IMG/VR virus record: IMGVR_UViG_3300027898_000010
Location: 1 to 54,456 of that record
Length of the DNA stretch: 54,456 bases
Origin: a virus
Lineage: Duplodnaviria > Caudoviricetes
Direction: 5' to 3' (one strand)
Shown: positions 54,281-54,456 of the stretch, piece by piece
Position numbering within the stretch: the first letter of the stretch is position 1
Layout: each line of letters starts with the position of its first letter
The notes under the pieces: generated by a model
What the model was told of the DNA's origin: nothing
The model's database searches: none
What the model saw: only the letters and a program-made list of their open reading frames with translations
Made by a program: the position numbers and the translations under genes

Positions 54281-54456
54281 CTAATCTAACCCCTTTCGGT
54301 GCTTCCTGCGAAGACGCGCGGCATAGTCCATGGCGGTTTGTACCTCATCTCGGCGCTTCTGAGCCGCGTTCGCAGCGGCCTCATGCTGCCTGCGCATAAA
54401 TTCGGCCATGTTGAACGCGCCAGCATAGCGGCGCGGGTCGACGGGGCCACGCGGGT
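54281..54456 (-). CDS. C-terminal part of a gene entering from the right edge
   Basis: Open frame ...RRYAGAFNMAEFMRRQHEAAANAAQKRRDEV...KGLD*. Confidence 0.5.
   Translation of the reverse strand, partial: PRGPVDPRRYAGAFNMAEFMRRQHEAAANAAQKRRDEVQTAMDYAARLRRKHRKGLD

Noticed and set aside
1-54456. CRISPR array, tRNA/rRNA, IS transposase, reverse transcriptase/DGR, integrase
   Set aside because: No repeat-spacer array, cloverleaf, DDE, RT or recombinase motifs recognised by eye.

Overview
The window is a near-complete or complete ~54 kb genome of a GC-rich, P22-like podophage; the host is probably alphaproteobacterial (inferred from gene content). It contains a lambdoid cro/cI switch and a RecT/DUF2303 early arm. 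The long minus-strand virion and lysis region (terminase, portal, scaffold, capsid, gp4/gp10-like head completion, ejection proteins, fibres, GH108 endolysin, spanins) is interrupted by two plus-strand early modules. There are also three DNA methyltransferases, four HNH genes, two related inteins and a DUF1376-type replication gene with internal iterons. No integrase is visible. Main observations: (1) 11 copies of a TGGAA-N5-TTCCA operator-like palindrome across the genome, two of them inside virion genes; (2) one intragenic copy lies in a TTGACT-17-TATTAT promoter pointing at a hidden antisense gene inside an ejection-protein gene; (3) a C5 methyltransferase whose alternate frame encodes both an M.EcoHK31I-beta-like ORF and a complete HNH nuclease while its own frame stays open; (4) two paralogous inteins with a non-LAGLIDADG central domain in unrelated host genes; (5) a cI gene frameshifted in an A6 run, a truncated Xis-like gene and a host-type parS palindrome. 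All product calls come from motif recognition by eye, not from database searches.
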